64,000 nucleotides of DNA from the sequence record MT446390.1; one strand, 5' to 3'. Shown here one piece after another: positions 1-8,134 of this stretch (position 1 is its first letter; each line of letters starts with the position of its first letter). The DNA comes from Escherichia phage TH12. The notes beneath the pieces are model-generated. The model had not been told where the DNA came from and searched no databases. It saw only the letters and a list, made by a program, of their open reading frames with translations. The translations under genes were made by a program, and so were the position numbers.

Positions 1-1
1 C

Positions 2-406
2 ATAGGCCATTTAGTAACAAAGAACCCGTCTTTAGCCGTAGCTAAAGCTGAACTTGACAGAATGATCGGTCGTAAATGCAACGGTACAATTACCCTTGAT
101 GAGGCTGAAAAGCTATTTAATGAAGACGTCGATAAAGCCGTTCGCGGAATCTTGGGTAATGCTAAACTTAAACCGGTATATGATTCTTTAGACGCGGTTC
201 GTCGATGTGCATTGGTCAATATGGTCTTCCAAATGGGTGTAGCAGGCGTTGCTGGTTTTACTAATTCTCTTCGTATGCTTCAACAGAAACGTTGGGATGA
301 AGCGGCAGTAAATCTCGCCCAATCTAAATGGTATCGTCAGACACCTAATCGCGCGAAACGCGTAATCTCAACATTTAAAACAGGAACTTGGAAAGCGTAT
401 ATATGA
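2..406 (+). CDS. e: Lysozyme (endolysin), 5'-truncated at window edge
   Basis: Open frame from window start; translation [39 protein letters not shown]...[14 protein letters not shown]...QTPNRAKRV matches T4 lysozyme core; stop TGA 404-406. Confidence 0.95.
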   Translation: MGHLVTKNPSLAVAKAELDRMIGRKCNGTITLDEAEKLFNEDVDKAVRGILGNAKLKPVYDSLDAVRRCALVNMVFQMGVAGVAGFTNSLRMLQQKRWDEAAVNLAQSKWYRQTPNRAKRVISTFKTGTWKAYI

Positions 407-684
407 AAACATATAGTGAATTTTTATCAGAATCTATTCTTAACGAAGCTACTGACACATTTGCAACTAAGCTAGGTGCAGCTTTGGTTGAAGCCGAAAG
501 TCTATTAGCACGTATTTCTGAACTTGCTAGTAAGATAGATACTCGCAAATTTGAACGTACCAGCGATATCGCTAAGCTTGAAGCCTTGTTACGTATGTGC
601 GATAAACCGGAAGAAATCGCTAAGAACGGCTCGCTGATGAAACAACGTCTTGAAAAATATATTTCAGGCGCTTCAGAAAAATAG
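403..684 (+). CDS. Internal head protein-like (capsid-targeting N-terminus MKTYSEF...)
   Basis: ATG 403 overlaps e stop (ATGA); N-terminus resembles T4 internal-protein capsid targeting sequence MKTYQEFIAE; ORF-track start 388 is TTG. Confidence 0.6.
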   Translation: MKTYSEFLSESILNEATDTFATKLGAALVEAESLLARISELASKIDTRKFERTSDIAKLEALLRMCDKPEEIAKNGSLMKQRLEKYISGASEK

Positions 685-685
685 T

Positions 686-740
686 GTTTACTTCCTCCAA
701 GGGTTTTGATACTATACATTCATCAACTACTTGGAGGAAA
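686..740 (+). promoter_or_regulatory. T4-type early promoter (GTTTAC -35, TAnnnT -10) embedded in 10-bp inverted repeat whose distal arm covers the denV SD
   Basis: gtttac 686-691; tactat ~710-715; arms ttcctccaag 692-701 / cttggaggaa 730-739. Confidence 0.6.
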
Positions 741-742
741 TT

Positions 743-1156
743 ATGACTCGTATCAATTTAACACTTGTTTCTGAACTGACCGATCAACATCTTATGGCTG
801 AGTATCGTGAATTACCACGCGTATTTAGTGCAGTCCGTAAACATGTCCAAAACGGTAAACGTGTAAAGGATTTTAAAATCTCTCCAACATTTATCTTAGG
901 CACAGGTCACGTAACATTCTTTTACGACAAACTTGAATTTTTACGTTTACGACAAATCGAGCTAATCGCTGAATGCTTGAAACGTGGTTTCAAAATCAAG
1001 GACACGACAGTCCAGGATATTTCCGACATCCCTGCCGAATTTCGTAATAATTATGTCCCGTCCGAAGCGTCCGTTGCGATAAGTCAAGCACGCTTAGATG
1101 AAAAAATTGCTCAACGTCCTACTTGGTACAAATACTATGGTAAATCAATTTACTAA
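743..1156 (+). CDS. denV: Endonuclease V (pyrimidine-dimer DNA glycosylase)
   Basis: [12 protein letters not shown]...[13 protein letters not shown]...[22 protein letters not shown]...[12 protein letters not shown] matches T4 DenV; 137 aa; SD GGAGG upstream; track start 731 is TTG. Confidence 0.95.
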   Translation: MTRINLTLVSELTDQHLMAEYRELPRVFSAVRKHVQNGKRVKDFKISPTFILGTGHVTFFYDKLEFLRLRQIELIAECLKRGFKIKDTTVQDISDIPAEFRNNYVPSEASVAISQARLDEKIAQRPTWYKYYGKSIY

Positions 1157-1162
1157 GGAAAA

Positions 1163-1423
1163 ATGAAAATGTATCAAGAATTTATCATTGAAGCAGATGC
1201 CAAAGGTCCTAAATTTAAAGTTAAAGCTTTCATTGGTGATGCCGAAGACTTTGGCTCATTAAAACGTAATGGGTATTCTTTCTTAGGTGGCGATGGTAAA
1301 GAAATCAACACCTATGCAAAACGTAGTGAAATTGCTTATGTTGTAGTAAATCCTAAAGTAGATGTTGACGATATTGGATACGATTTTAACAACTTCGGAA
1401 TTATTTCTGGCGGTAAAGCTTAA
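1163..1423 (+). CDS. Internal head protein-like (CTS-like N-terminus MKMYQEFIIEA)
   Basis: ATG start; N-terminal motif shared with T4 IP capsid-targeting sequence; 86 aa. Confidence 0.6.
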   Translation: MKMYQEFIIEADAKGPKFKVKAFIGDAEDFGSLKRNGYSFLGGDGKEINTYAKRSEIAYVVVNPKVDVDDIGYDFNNFGIISGGKA

Positions 1424-1426
1424 ATT

Positions 1427-1456
1427 GTTTACGCTTAAGTATTAATATGGTATAAT
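1427..1456 (+). promoter_or_regulatory. T4-type early promoter
   Basis: gtttac 1427-1432, 18-bp spacer, tataat 1451-1456, upstream of ATG 1488. Confidence 0.65.
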
Positions 1457-1487
1457 TACTCTATCAAAACAAACAAGGAAACAAAAA

Positions 1488-1790
1488 ATGAAAACATATC
1501 AAGAATTTATTACTGAAGCGCGAGTGAGTGCAGGTAAATTAGAAGCCGCTATAAATAAAAAGGCCCATTCATTTCATGATTTGTCCGATAAAGACCGTAA
1601 GAAACTTGTAAGCCTTTATATTGACAAAGAGCGTATTCTCGCTCTTCCTGGCGCTAATGAAGGTAAACAGGCCAAGCCTTTGAATGCTGTCGAAAAGAAA
1701 ATTGATAACTTTGCTTCTAAATTCGGTATGTCTATGGATGACCTTCAGCAAGCGGCTATCGAAGCAGCTAAAGTAATTAAAGGTAAATAA
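1488..1790 (+). CDS. Internal head protein (IP family; MKTYQEFITEA N-terminus)
   Basis: 100 aa; near-consensus T4 IP capsid-targeting sequence; own early promoter. Confidence 0.7.
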   Translation: MKTYQEFITEARVSAGKLEAAINKKAHSFHDLSDKDRKKLVSLYIDKERILALPGANEGKQAKPLNAVEKKIDNFASKFGMSMDDLQQAAIEAAKVIKGK

Positions 1791-1903
1791 CAGTTTACTT
1801 TCTCCTAGAATTGTGATAGTATATTCATAATTACTTAGAGGGGTAAATACAGAAATGGACAATTCATGCGCCACGGAATGGCCCAACCTAAAAGAGAAAC
1901 TAA

Positions 1904-2443
1904 ATGAGAACATTTTTAACTGGTCCTTATCTATCCCTGATGAATGCTTTTACACACCATTCTGATGTTAGAGTAGAAGAAATTTGTAAGAACGGTTATG
2001 CCCCACCATTTGAAGACGTACTCAAGCAGTACTGTACACTTCGTTTAGACGGCGGCAGACAATCAGGTAAATCGACTGCAGTAACTAATTTTGCTGTTAA
2101 TTGGCTGTATGACGGTGGAACAGTTATTGTTCTTTCTAATACTTCAGCCTATGCTAAAATTTCTGCTGGCAACATTAAAAAAGAATTTTCTCGTTATTCT
2201 AGCGATGATATTCGATTCCGTTTATTTACCGATTCTGTCCGTAGTTTTATTGGCAATGAAGGTTCTAAATTCCGTGGATTAACGCTTTCTCGTATTCTGT
2301 ACATAATTGACGAGCCTATTAAAGCTCCTGATATGGATAAGATTTACAATGTCCATATTAAAACAGTCCAACACTGTTGCAAAAGCAAATATTGCATCGG
2401 CGGTAATGCTCGTCCTCAATTTTTTGTGATTGGAATGCAATGA
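1904..2443 (+). CDS. P-loop NTPase, unknown function
   Basis: Walker A GGRQSGKST, Walker B-like LYIIDEP; 179 aa. Confidence 0.65.
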   Translation: MRTFLTGPYLSLMNAFTHHSDVRVEEICKNGYAPPFEDVLKQYCTLRLDGGRQSGKSTAVTNFAVNWLYDGGTVIVLSNTSAYAKISAGNIKKEFSRYSSDDIRFRLFTDSVRSFIGNEGSKFRGLTLSRILYIIDEPIKAPDMDKIYNVHIKTVQHCCKSKYCIGGNARPQFFVIGMQ

Positions 2444-2748
2444 TGACCACTATTGAAGTTTTTGAATATTGTTATAACAGCCCAGTATGCAATAAAAGGG
2501 CTCTTGTAGAAAATTATGAGATTTACCATTTTAAACCTAAACGATATCGTTTGACTAAAGGCCCGTTCGCAGGGCAGCAGGTTCTTTGTACTGCTCCTAA
2601 TGCACGGTTTATGACTAGTATTCCGCATTTCAAAATGGAATTTATTGATGGGCCGTTTAAGGGATTAATCACTCAAAGTTTAATGGCGTTTAATTCTGAC
2701 CCATTTTTGATTAAAGAAAAAACTTGGATAAATTTATTTTCTAATTGA
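2440..2748 (+). CDS. Hypothetical protein (102 aa)
   Basis: ATGATG start overlapping upstream stop (translational coupling); same-strand compact packing. Confidence 0.55.
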   Translation: MMTTIEVFEYCYNSPVCNKRALVENYEIYHFKPKRYRLTKGPFAGQQVLCTAPNARFMTSIPHFKMEFIDGPFKGLITQSLMAFNSDPFLIKEKTWINLFSN

Positions 2749-2754
2749 GGTTAT

Positions 2755-3117
2755 ATGAAAGCATATCAAATTCTTGAAGGCACACACAAAGGCACTATTT
2801 ATTTTGAAGACGGTACTCAAGCCCGGATTATTGTCTCTAAGACTTTTAAAGAAGACGCTATTGTAGACCCGGAAATTTTCTACGGTTTGAATGCCCGTGA
2901 AATTGAAATTGAACATCAACCTAAAGTTAAAATTGAAGGTGGTCAACACCTGAACGTTAATGTTCTGCGTCGTGAAACTCTGGAAGATGCAGTTAAGCAT
3001 CCAGAAAAATATCCGCAGTTGACCATCCGTGTATCCGGTTATGCAGTTCGCTTTAACTCTCTGACTCCGGAACAGCAGCGTGACGTTATCGCTCGTACCT
3101 TTACTGAGAGTCTATAA
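2755..3117 (+). CDS. GrcA/YfiD-like autonomous glycyl-radical cofactor protein
   Basis: C-terminal [60 protein letters not shown] carries the RVSGY glycyl-radical motif and matches recalled E. coli GrcA/PFL C-terminus; segment is GC-richer than flanks. Confidence 0.85.
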   Translation: MKAYQILEGTHKGTIYFEDGTQARIIVSKTFKEDAIVDPEIFYGLNAREIEIEHQPKVKIEGGQHLNVNVLRRETLEDAVKHPEKYPQLTIRVSGYAVRFNSLTPEQQRDVIARTFTESL

Positions 3118-3341
3118 TGGCTAAATTGATTATAGAAGGGTCTGAAGATGTTTTAAAATGTTTTGCCGCCTGGTTTAGTTGCTCAGGCGAGCAATCATTC
3201 ATTGAAGCATTTAGAATGGGTGATATTACTGGAAACTATCCGACAACTGATATAATTGTACGTGGATATGGCATTAATGAGCCTATCCAATTAGTCGAAT
3301 ATGACCTTGCCACTGATGAGGAAATTCCTTATGTCGATTGA
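3117..3341 (+). CDS. Hypothetical protein (74 aa)
   Basis: TAATG overlap with upstream stop; compact packing. Confidence 0.5.
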   Translation: MAKLIIEGSEDVLKCFAAWFSCSGEQSFIEAFRMGDITGNYPTTDIIVRGYGINEPIQLVEYDLATDEEIPYVD

Positions 3342-3597
3342 AGACATCAAAGGCTACAAGCCGCATACCGATGATAAAATCGGTAAAGTGAACGCTATTA
3401 AAGATGCAGAAGTCCGTCTTGGATTGTTGTTTGATGCTCTGATTGAAGAAGCATATATCTTGAAAGAAAATGAAACAGAGCAACAAACCAAAGAAGATAT
3501 GGATGCAGTACAGGCTCTTAAGTATGCTAAGCAACATCTAAAAGAAGCCAGCATGTGGGCCTGTCGTGCAGTATTTCGACCTGAGGAAAAATACTAA
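3331..3597 (+). CDS. Hypothetical protein (88 aa)
   Basis: Internal ATG (MSIEDIK) preceded by GAGGA; track start 3301 lies inside upstream gene. Confidence 0.5.
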   Translation: MSIEDIKGYKPHTDDKIGKVNAIKDAEVRLGLLFDALIEEAYILKENETEQQTKEDMDAVQALKYAKQHLKEASMWACRAVFRPEEKY

Positions 3598-3896
3598 TGG
3601 CTCAAATCCTATCAGGCTTTGGAACTCATTATGAAGCATCTAGACGCATAACTGAAAGCAATCCTTTTGGCCTTGTTCCGAAGCACAAGAAAATTCAAAG
3701 CCTTGATGACTTTGAGAACCGCCTATGGGCCCTCTTTAATGAGTACAAGGCATATCTGAAAGAAGACGCTGACGATTGTCTTGAAGAAGATGAGATTGCG
3801 TATTACGAACAACGCCTTGAACAGCTCAAGAACTTCCATCAGGTTCGTGACGAAGTATCTAAAGCAGTTAAAAAGTTAATTCCTTTCAAAGAGTAG
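3597..3896 (+). CDS. Hypothetical protein (99 aa)
   Basis: ATG overlapping upstream stop (TAATG); compact packing. Confidence 0.55.
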   Translation: MAQILSGFGTHYEASRRITESNPFGLVPKHKKIQSLDDFENRLWALFNEYKAYLKEDADDCLEEDEIAYYEQRLEQLKNFHQVRDEVSKAVKKLIPFKE

Positions 3897-3946
3897 TTTA
3901 CTTCTCCTCTAGTTGTGTTACTATAGACTTGTCAACTAGAGGAGAA
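3896..3946 (+). promoter_or_regulatory. T4-type early promoter within 14-bp perfect inverted repeat that includes the regB SD
   Basis: gtttac 3896-3901, tactat 3919-3924; arms ttctcctctagttg 3902-3915 / caactagaggagaa 3933-3946. Confidence 0.65.
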
Positions 3947-3952
3947 ATCAAA

Positions 3953-4411
3953 ATGACTATCAATTCGGAAGTTTTTATCCGCCGTAATAAACTCCGTCGA
4001 ATCTTTGAAACGGAGTTCCGCAAAATAAATGCCGGTATAAAAGATGCTGCAAAGTCTCTTGGACTACCAGGCTTTCATATCAAGTATTCTCAACATCTCT
4101 TAGATCGTGCCATCCAGAGAGAAATAGATGAGAATTACGTTTTTGAATTATTTCATAAAGTAAAAAATCATGTTAAAGAAGTTGCAGAATTTTTATCAAT
4201 GCCGGCACGTCCAGATGTTGATGAAGATTTTGTCGAAGGTGTCGAATATCGCCCAGGCCGTTTAGAAATAACTGATGGAAATCTTTGGTTAGGTCTTACA
4301 GTTTGTCGCGAAAATCCGGCATTCAAAATGAAGACTCTTCAATGTAGAATGGCTATTATTAACAGTAAACGACTACCAGGAAAAGCTTCTAAAGCAGTGA
4401 TTAAAATCTAG
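3953..4411 (+). CDS. regB: RegB site-specific endoribonuclease
   Basis: MTINSEVFIRRNKLRR...HLLDRAIQREIDENYVFELFHK...GVEYRPGRLEITDGNLWLG...PGKASKAVIK matches recalled T4 RegB; 152 aa; track start 3929 is TTG. Confidence 0.85.
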   Translation: MTINSEVFIRRNKLRRIFETEFRKINAGIKDAAKSLGLPGFHIKYSQHLLDRAIQREIDENYVFELFHKVKNHVKEVAEFLSMPARPDVDEDFVEGVEYRPGRLEITDGNLWLGLTVCRENPAFKMKTLQCRMAIINSKRLPGKASKAVIKI

Positions 4412-4419
4412 AGGTAAAC

Positions 4420-4962
4420 ATGAGAAAAGCACTACTCGCTGGTCTATTTGCTCTTTCGTTATCAGCACATAGCTCCGAGCATACTTTTAGTAATGTCCAA
4501 CTCGATAACTTGAATTATGCTTATCAGTTTGGGGAACAGTTTTCTAAGGACGGAAAATTTAAAACGCATGAAAATATGCATAAGAAAGGACTTGGATACA
4601 TAATGGCCGCAATACTATGGCAAGAATCATCCGCAGGTATTAATCTTAAAGATAAGAAAGGTCACCATGCGTATGGAATGTTCCAAAACTATCTACCAAC
4701 AATGAGGGCAAGAATTAACCAGCTTGGTTATAATATGACTGATGCCCAAATTAAGAAAATGCTATCTAAGCGGTCTAATTCAGCAAGATGGGCTTATATC
4801 GAATTTTCTTATTGGTTAAATATACATAACGGGGATATAAGAAAAGCTATATCCTCATATAATGCGGGATGGAAGACAAGTGCTGGAAGTAAATATGCTT
4901 CTGAAGTCCTAGAAAAGGCTAATTACCTTAAATCAAATAAACTACTGGAAATAAAAGAATGA
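4420..4962 (+). CDS. Secreted SLT-domain lytic transglycosylase-like protein
   Basis: N-terminal signal peptide MRKALLAGLFALSLSAHS; SLT motifs ILWQESS...GMFQ and YNAG. Confidence 0.75.
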   Translation: MRKALLAGLFALSLSAHSSEHTFSNVQLDNLNYAYQFGEQFSKDGKFKTHENMHKKGLGYIMAAILWQESSAGINLKDKKGHHAYGMFQNYLPTMRARINQLGYNMTDAQIKKMLSKRSNSARWAYIEFSYWLNIHNGDIRKAISSYNAGWKTSAGSKYASEVLEKANYLKSNKLLEIKE

Positions 4963-5306
4963 CCAAAATGTTGGCTTTAATAGTTAGCTTGGTTTCATTT
5001 AACGCTCTTGCTAATACTACATATACTGATGTAACGGAGTATACAAACAGAACGGCGTCTGATTATTGTGGTAAAAGTCAAGAGTGTAAAGTAGATTTTT
5101 CACAAAAATTGTTATATGCGTATAAAGACGGAGAAAAAGATGGGGCGTCTAGTAGGTTCAAGGCGTCTACTTTAATTAAAAGATACTATAAAAAATGGCA
5201 AATATTAGAATGCTCGGTGGCGGAACCTAAAGATAAGGCAGCATGCAATTCTATGGTGGACCGTCTAGTTGACTCTTATACTAGAGGACTTGTAGCAAGT
5301 GATTAA
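4959..5306 (+). CDS. Small secreted protein (signal peptide, 115 aa)
   Basis: ATGA overlap with upstream stop; N-terminus MLALIVSLVSFNALANT is signal-peptide-like. Confidence 0.6.
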   Translation: MTKMLALIVSLVSFNALANTTYTDVTEYTNRTASDYCGKSQECKVDFSQKLLYAYKDGEKDGASSRFKASTLIKRYYKKWQILECSVAEPKDKAACNSMVDRLVDSYTRGLVASD

Positions 5307-5766
5307 AAACTATATCAAGGGCGATATTGTCGCCCTGTTTTCTAAAGGTAATAATATTGCTCATGGGTGCAATTGTTTTCATACAATGGGTGCCGGTGTA
5401 GCAGGTCAATTGGCAAAGGCTTATCCAAAAATTTTAGAAGCCGATAAACTTCAAACCGAATTCGGAGACGAGACTAAACTCGGGACTTATTCGGTTTATG
5501 AAAAATATTTTAAGACCCATAAAGCTTATTGCTTTAATCTTTATACACAGTTTGAGCCGGGACCTAATTTTGAGTACTCTGCTTTAATGAATTGTATAAT
5601 AGAATTAAATGAATTCGGAAAAAATAAGATAACAAAGCCTGTAATTTATATGCCAAGAATTGGTGCAGGTATTGGTGGTGGAAACTGGGATGTCATCGAA
5701 GAGATTTTAGATACGTATTCCACTAAACTAGAAATTGTGATTGTTGATTGGGAACCATTGTTATGA
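5299..5766 (+). CDS. Macro-domain (ADP-ribose-binding/hydrolase-like) protein
   Basis: GDI...IAHGCNC...MGAGVAGQLAK and C-terminal PRIGAGIGGGNW resemble macro-domain glycine-rich loops; 155 aa. Confidence 0.65.
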   Translation: MIKNYIKGDIVALFSKGNNIAHGCNCFHTMGAGVAGQLAKAYPKILEADKLQTEFGDETKLGTYSVYEKYFKTHKAYCFNLYTQFEPGPNFEYSALMNCIIELNEFGKNKITKPVIYMPRIGAGIGGGNWDVIEEILDTYSTKLEIVIVDWEPLL

Positions 5767-5969
5767 GCCAAACAAAAATTCTTACAGGTGCTAAATGCGA
5801 AAAATGCGAATGGCCTGTAGTTTTTGCTTTATGCAATGACGAAATGGCTTGTGATTTTGATTATTGGTGTTACTGTTCGAACAAAGGTTGTAGCAATCAT
5901 AAAGGTGAAGGGTTTTACTCAGGATTTTACCCTTACCCAGATTTCGTTAAAGAAGGTGAACCTAAATGA
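5763..5969 (+). CDS. Cys-rich small protein (68 aa)
   Basis: ATG 5763 overlaps upstream stop (ATGA); CEKCEW...CNDEMACDF...CYCSNKGC. Confidence 0.5.
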   Translation: MSQTKILTGAKCEKCEWPVVFALCNDEMACDFDYWCYCSNKGCSNHKGEGFYSGFYPYPDFVKEGEPK

Positions 5970-6148
5970 AATTGACTAAAGAAGAGAAAACTAAACTGTT
6001 CGAACTTATCCATGACCTATTGGATGAGCAAGCAGCCACTAATGCGTACGATGAATATGCTCCTTTAACAGACGAAGAATATCAAGCATTGATGGAATCA
6101 TTTGACAGGAAAGAACAAGAACTCATTGACTACGTGAATTCACTATAA
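5966..6148 (+). CDS. Hypothetical small acidic protein (60 aa)
   Basis: ATGA overlap; shares LIHDL motif with ORF 7954-8133. Confidence 0.5.
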   Translation: MKLTKEEKTKLFELIHDLLDEQAATNAYDEYAPLTDEEYQALMESFDRKEQELIDYVNSL

Positions 6149-6157
6149 GGGACTCTT

Positions 6158-6739
6158 ATGGCTAGTTTAATTTTTACCTATGCCGCTATGAACGCTGGTA
6201 AGTCTGCTTCATTACTTACTGCCGCACATAACTATAAAGAACGTGGCATGGGTGTATTAGTTCTTAAACCGGCTATTGATACTCGCGATTCAAAAGGTGA
6301 AATAGTCTCCCGTATTGGTATTCGTCAGGATGCCAATATAATTACAAAAGACATGGATATCTTTGAATTTTATAAATGGGCTGCAGCACAAAAGGATATT
6401 CACTGTGTATTTGTTGACGAAGCTCAGTTCTTAACTACTGAAAAGGTGTATCAACTTAGTCGTATTGTTGACGTATACAATGTGCCGGTAATGGCATACG
6501 GACTACGAACAGATTTTAAAGGTAATCTATTTGAAGGTTCTCAAGCATTAATGGCTATTGCCGATAAGCTTGTTGAACTTAAAGGTGTCTGTCATTGTGG
6601 TAAAAAGGCCACTATGGTAGCTAGAGTCACGGAAGACGGACTTCCAATTACAGATGGCAGTCAAATTGAAATTGGTGATACCGATAGATACGTGTCATTA
6701 TGCCGGAAGCATTGGAATGATTTGACAGGGTTGTTATAA
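6158..6739 (+). CDS. tk: Thymidine kinase
   Basis: MASLIFTYAAMNAGKSASLL...VFVDEAQFL...CHCGKKA...LCRKHW matches T4 Tk; 193 aa. Confidence 0.95.
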   Translation: MASLIFTYAAMNAGKSASLLTAAHNYKERGMGVLVLKPAIDTRDSKGEIVSRIGIRQDANIITKDMDIFEFYKWAAAQKDIHCVFVDEAQFLTTEKVYQLSRIVDVYNVPVMAYGLRTDFKGNLFEGSQALMAIADKLVELKGVCHCGKKATMVARVTEDGLPITDGSQIEIGDTDRYVSLCRKHWNDLTGLL

Positions 6740-6766
6740 ATACTAATATCTAACCAAGAGGTATAT

Positions 6767-6979
6767 ATGCAGCAATTAAACGAAAGACAACTTCGTAATC
6801 TTACTGTAACCCAATTGGATGAAATCCGAAGAGAATTAGGACATTCTATTTCTCATTTAAACGAGGATATCCGTCAAACTGGTTCTAAAGCTGATTATAC
6901 ACGCAAGCGCAAGCTGGAAAAATACCTCACAGATGTTAAGGCCGTCCAAAGGCGAAAAATAAATACTGGCCAAAATTAA
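6767..6979 (+). CDS. Hypothetical protein (70 aa)
   Basis: ATG with SD-like AGAGG upstream. Confidence 0.5.
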   Translation: MQQLNERQLRNLTVTQLDEIRRELGHSISHLNEDIRQTGSKADYTRKRKLEKYLTDVKAVQRRKINTGQN

Positions 6980-6991
6980 CAGGAGGCCTAT

Positions 6992-7294
6992 ATGGCCTTA
7001 AGAGCGATAGCTGTCATGGCGATGCTGGGGTTTTTTGCAGCAACAACTCCTATCGTTGGTACTGCACATATTGACCCATATTTTGATAACTTTATGGAAT
7101 CAGGGATTAAAAACGTATATACTTTGTTTGAAATTCAAAATGTCGAGAATTCTGAAAAATTCTATAAGTATATGGCAAAGCATTACAAAAATAGCCCCTG
7201 TGATGATGCATTTGAATGTCATGAACAAGGCATAAAAACTGCCAGACAATTTGCTGAGTTCATGAAAATAAAATTAGAGCCTACATCTATCTAA
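6992..7294 (+). CDS. Hypothetical protein with hydrophobic N-terminus (100 aa)
   Basis: SD CAGGAGG upstream; N-terminus MALRAIAVMAMLGFFAATTPIVG is signal/TM-like. Confidence 0.55.
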   Translation: MALRAIAVMAMLGFFAATTPIVGTAHIDPYFDNFMESGIKNVYTLFEIQNVENSEKFYKYMAKHYKNSPCDDAFECHEQGIKTARQFAEFMKIKLEPTSI

Positions 7295-7301
7295 TTTACT
7301 A

Positions 7302-7330
7302 GCCCCTTCCTTATGGTTGGGGCTTTTTGG
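7302..7330 (+). terminator. Putative intrinsic terminator
   Basis: agcccc...ggggct hairpin followed by ttttt. Confidence 0.5.
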
Positions 7331-7339
7331 CATTTAACA

Positions 7340-7368
7340 GTTTACTTCTCCTTGAGATGTGTTATAGT
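7340..7368 (+). promoter_or_regulatory. T4-type early promoter
   Basis: gtttac 7340-7345, 17-bp spacer, tatagt 7363-7368. Confidence 0.6.
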
Positions 7369-7395
7369 AGTCCTTACTTACTAGAGGAGAACGTT

Positions 7396-7575
7396 ATGAC
7401 ACGTAAAGAAAAGATTTCTAAGTTGATGTTTTTGATTGAAGAGTACGCTAATGCGGTATCTGATTGGGAAAATGCTCATGGTTGCGAAGATGGAGACATC
7501 GACATTAACAGGGCTATGAAAAAGATGGCCGACGCTCACACCGAATTGCAAATGTATGTTAACGAGATTATGTGA
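7396..7575 (+). CDS. Hypothetical protein (59 aa)
   Basis: Internal ATG (MTRKEK) after SD AGAGGAG; track start 7327 lies in promoter region. Confidence 0.5.
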   Translation: MTRKEKISKLMFLIEEYANAVSDWENAHGCEDGDIDINRAMKKMADAHTELQMYVNEIM

Positions 7576-7582
7576 GGATATT

Positions 7583-7789
7583 ATGCTTTACGATTATACT
7601 GGAAAATCTGAAGACGGTGTACTTGAACTTTTACCTGAAAGCGCTGAAGATGATGATATGGTGGTGATGTTTTGTAAAAATGGCCCTGGGGATAAGGGAT
7701 GGATTTATCTTCGCCAAGAAAATGACCTAATTGTTTTAGACCCTAAACAAGTTGAAGAACTTTATCAACATTTAAAACACAATCGGTAG
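7583..7789 (+). CDS. Hypothetical acidic protein (68 aa)
   Basis: ATG 7583 after GAGGA; alternative ATG 7556. Confidence 0.5.
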   Translation: MLYDYTGKSEDGVLELLPESAEDDDMVVMFCKNGPGDKGWIYLRQENDLIVLDPKQVEELYQHLKHNR

Positions 7790-7829
7790 TTTACATCTTG
7801 GTAGGACTATGTTATAGTAGTCCTACCAA
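7789..7829 (+). promoter_or_regulatory. T4-type early promoter with 11-bp inverted repeat flanking the -10
   Basis: gtttac 7789-7794, tatagt 7813-7818; arms ttggtaggact 7798-7808 / agtcctaccaa 7819-7829. Confidence 0.6.
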
Positions 7830-7846
7830 AACAAACGGAGAACAAA

Positions 7847-7957
7847 ATGAAACTTTTGCTTATCGCTTATGTTGTAGTACAATACAATTATCCGATGTTT
7901 ACTTATAACATGGTAAACGGCATAGTGAATCTTATTGAAACGAGTATGGTAAAATGA
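7847..7957 (+). CDS. Small ORF (36 aa), uncertain
   Basis: ATG after SD-like ACGGAG; below ORF-track cutoff; stop overlaps next ATG (ATGA). Confidence 0.3.
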   Translation: MKLLLIAYVVVQYNYPMFTYNMVNGIVNLIETSMVK

Positions 7958-8133
7958 CCCGTGAACAAGCTAATAAATTGATGGACCTTATCCATGACCT
8001 ACGTGAAGCCGATTCAGATTTGAATGATGTAGCTTATCACGCGGTAAATGATAACGGAGACTTTTATGAAAATCAGGTTGATGCTTGTCAGAATGATTTG
8101 GTGAATTTTGTTGAAACTTTAATTGGTGAATAA
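7954..8133 (+). CDS. Hypothetical small acidic protein (59 aa), paralog-like to 5966-6148
   Basis: MTREQANKLMDLIHDLREAD resembles KLFELIHDLLDEQ of the 5966 ORF; below track cutoff. Confidence 0.45.
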   Translation: MTREQANKLMDLIHDLREADSDLNDVAYHAVNDNGDFYENQVDACQNDLVNFVETLIGE

Positions 8134-8134
8134 T

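Noticed and set aside
375-719. Minus-strand ORF (114 aa) antisense to the first internal-protein gene
   Set aside because: Fully overlaps a plus-strand gene and promoter; no SD; Leu/Ser-rich composition typical of antisense frames in AT-rich DNA.
1569-1913. Minus-strand ORF (114 aa) antisense to the IP gene and promoter
   Set aside because: Overlaps a well-supported plus-strand gene; no start context.
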